A stretch of 63,930 nt of DNA, the filler included, from Octopus bimaculoides (Eukaryota): assembly GCF_001194135.2 (NCBI RefSeq). It is 5 parts of 5 records of this genome, joined end to end, with 100 filler letters (N's around TTAATTAATTAA, not from the genome) between each part and the next. Parts side by side here need not be neighbours in the genome. Positions count along the whole stretch, not along the records: positions 46,126 to 62,801 come from NC_069002.1; positions 62,902 to 63,930 come from NW_026328373.1; 3 more parts are not named here. One strand, 5' to 3'. The notes beneath the pieces are model-generated. The model had not been told where the DNA came from and did not search any database. It was given only the letters and a program-made list of their open reading frames with translations. The translations under genes and the position numbers were made by a program. Below are positions 62,264 through 63,930 of this stretch, piece by piece (position 1 is the first letter of the stretch; the number at the start of each line of letters is the position of its first letter).

Positions 62264-62526
62264 GTACAGTCAAGGAATTGTATTCCGAAATATCATCGGA
62301 CTATGGATAACTAAATTACAACTGGTATATAGTCTATTTTTTGTATTATAGTGCATTGTTGTACCATTCAAAGCTTTCTATTCTTTATGGAGAGTAGTGT
62401 CAAATATATTGTAACACTCATACTGACTGAGACTTTGAAGTTTGCCTGAAAGTGTACTTAACAGGCCAAACAAGCCCTCAGGCAAAATTTATAAGTCCTA
62501 GACTAGACAACAGAAATTTTATACCA

Positions 62527-62569
<43 letters not shown>

Positions 62570-62801
62570 CACACACACACAGCAGACTCTGATGATCTGT
62601 TGGGTTTTCAGCATCCAATTGCAAGGGAACACCCAAGCAGAGAGATTGCAAATAACCACAATGGTGAAACATATGTAGGGAACAAATGATGTCAGCTTGT
62701 GTGTGCGTGTACATAAAATAGTATCCTGTATGTATTAATGTGTATATACCAGAGAAAGCTGGAAAATTGTGGTGTTTGCCTTGAGAAAGCATTTCATGAA
62801 T

Positions 62802-62901
62802 NNNNNNNNNNNNNNNNNNNNNNNNNNNNNNNNNNNNNNNNNNNNTTAATTAATTAANNNNNNNNNNNNNNNNNNNNNNNNNNNNNNNNNNNNNNNNNNN
62901 N
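62802..62901. other. Artificial contig linker
   Basis: 44 N + TTAATTAATTAA (62846-62857) + 44 N. Confidence 0.95.
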
Positions 62902-62911
62902 GATGATGATG

Positions 62912-62945
<34 letters not shown>

Positions 62946-63930
62946 ATGTATAGGTTTCTATATATGTATACATACACACACATGCATATATACAGTATGA
63001 TACACACATACACATATGCATATCCACATACATACACATACAGGCACACACACACACACACACTCTCAGACACTATATACCCCTAAACCACCAAAGAAGA
63101 TTGGAAAACACATGCCCACAGATACATGTGTGTATATTCACATGCGTACACACACATGGATTTGCATTTCTACACACACACACACACATACACACACACA
63201 TGTGTATTTATATATGCATATACACACAGACATATATGTGTGAGTATGTGTGTGTATATGTATATATAACTGTTGCTGTTGTAAAACAATAATATATATG
63301 CCTGCCAAATATAATGTTCAGCATGTGGCTACGTTTAGTTCCTGCTGTTTGGTAAAATCTAATGGGAGTACCTGGTGTCTTAGACACACATAGAATGATT
63401 CGTCCTTTCTTTGTTGTATTTGAGAATGATTTTAAGAATTAAAGAATGAATAAACAAAGCAAACATCAGGTGTGTGTGTGTATACGTGTGGTGTGTATGG
63501 TATGTGTGTGTGTGTATTCCCTGTGGTCCAGTGACATCATTCACAGCCCATCTAGCATTTTTACACATGTCTAAGGGTAGAATTTTTCTCGCAGGACTAG
63601 CTCCACAGTGGAGGTTTTCGCATGTCCGAGTACACTCAAGCGTATTTGAATATGGTTTGTTTACATCTCTGTGAATTGAAACAAAGTTAATGATACACAA
63701 ACACATGGACACATGCATACGCATACACATGATTACACACACACACACACATGTCAGTGAGATCCTAGTTTCTCAGAGCACATGAAAACACAGAGAGGAG
63801 GGAGAAGAACAGCAGCATCAACAACAACAACAACCAACTACAATGCAGTACAACCATCTCTGCTTGTCACCCTCTCATCTGCATCTAAAAGAAACCCCCA
63901 TTAATAGCCTCGTCTCCCTACCACTCATCC

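Noticed and set aside
41031-62801. Missing 5' kinase/HEAT exons of PIK3R4
   Set aside because: I found no VPS15 N-terminal motifs by eye, and these pieces are separated from the gene by artificial linkers.
480-63748. Most ORFs in the supplied track
   Set aside because: They run through N gaps, microsatellites (poly-I, N, YI, HT, CV) or SINE consensus sequence, and have no recognisable domains.

Overview
AT-rich, microsatellite-laden animal genomic DNA, most likely an octopus (inferred from SINE and LINE content). It is not one locus. Four identical 100-bp artificial linkers (44 N + TTAATTAATTAA + 44 N) join five independent pieces: 1-9824, 9925-40930, 41031-46025, 46126-62801 and 62902-63930. 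The only confidently identified host gene is the 3' part of PIK3R4/VPS15 on the minus strand: nine exons between 22204 and 40661 with canonical GT-AG sites and a continuous frame, encoding about 420 C-terminal residues (WD40 region). Its 5' exons lie beyond the linker. The rest is repeats: several modular tRNA-derived SINE families, RTE and R4/Dong-like LINE relics, mariner relics, TTAA- and TA-flanked MITEs, a probable solo LTR and a 1.2-kb tandem repeat. Nearly all ORFs in the supplied track are microsatellite, gap or repeat artefacts. The best leads are: (1) Penelope-type minimal hammerhead ribozyme motifs, one well formed at 57555-57603 and one at the 3' end of a tRNA-headed SINE-like element at 15417-15665; (2) a 540-bp foldback whose centre is a perfect head-to-head telomere-repeat palindrome; (3) a (TAA)n-associated non-autonomous element beside a nest of R4/Dong relics.
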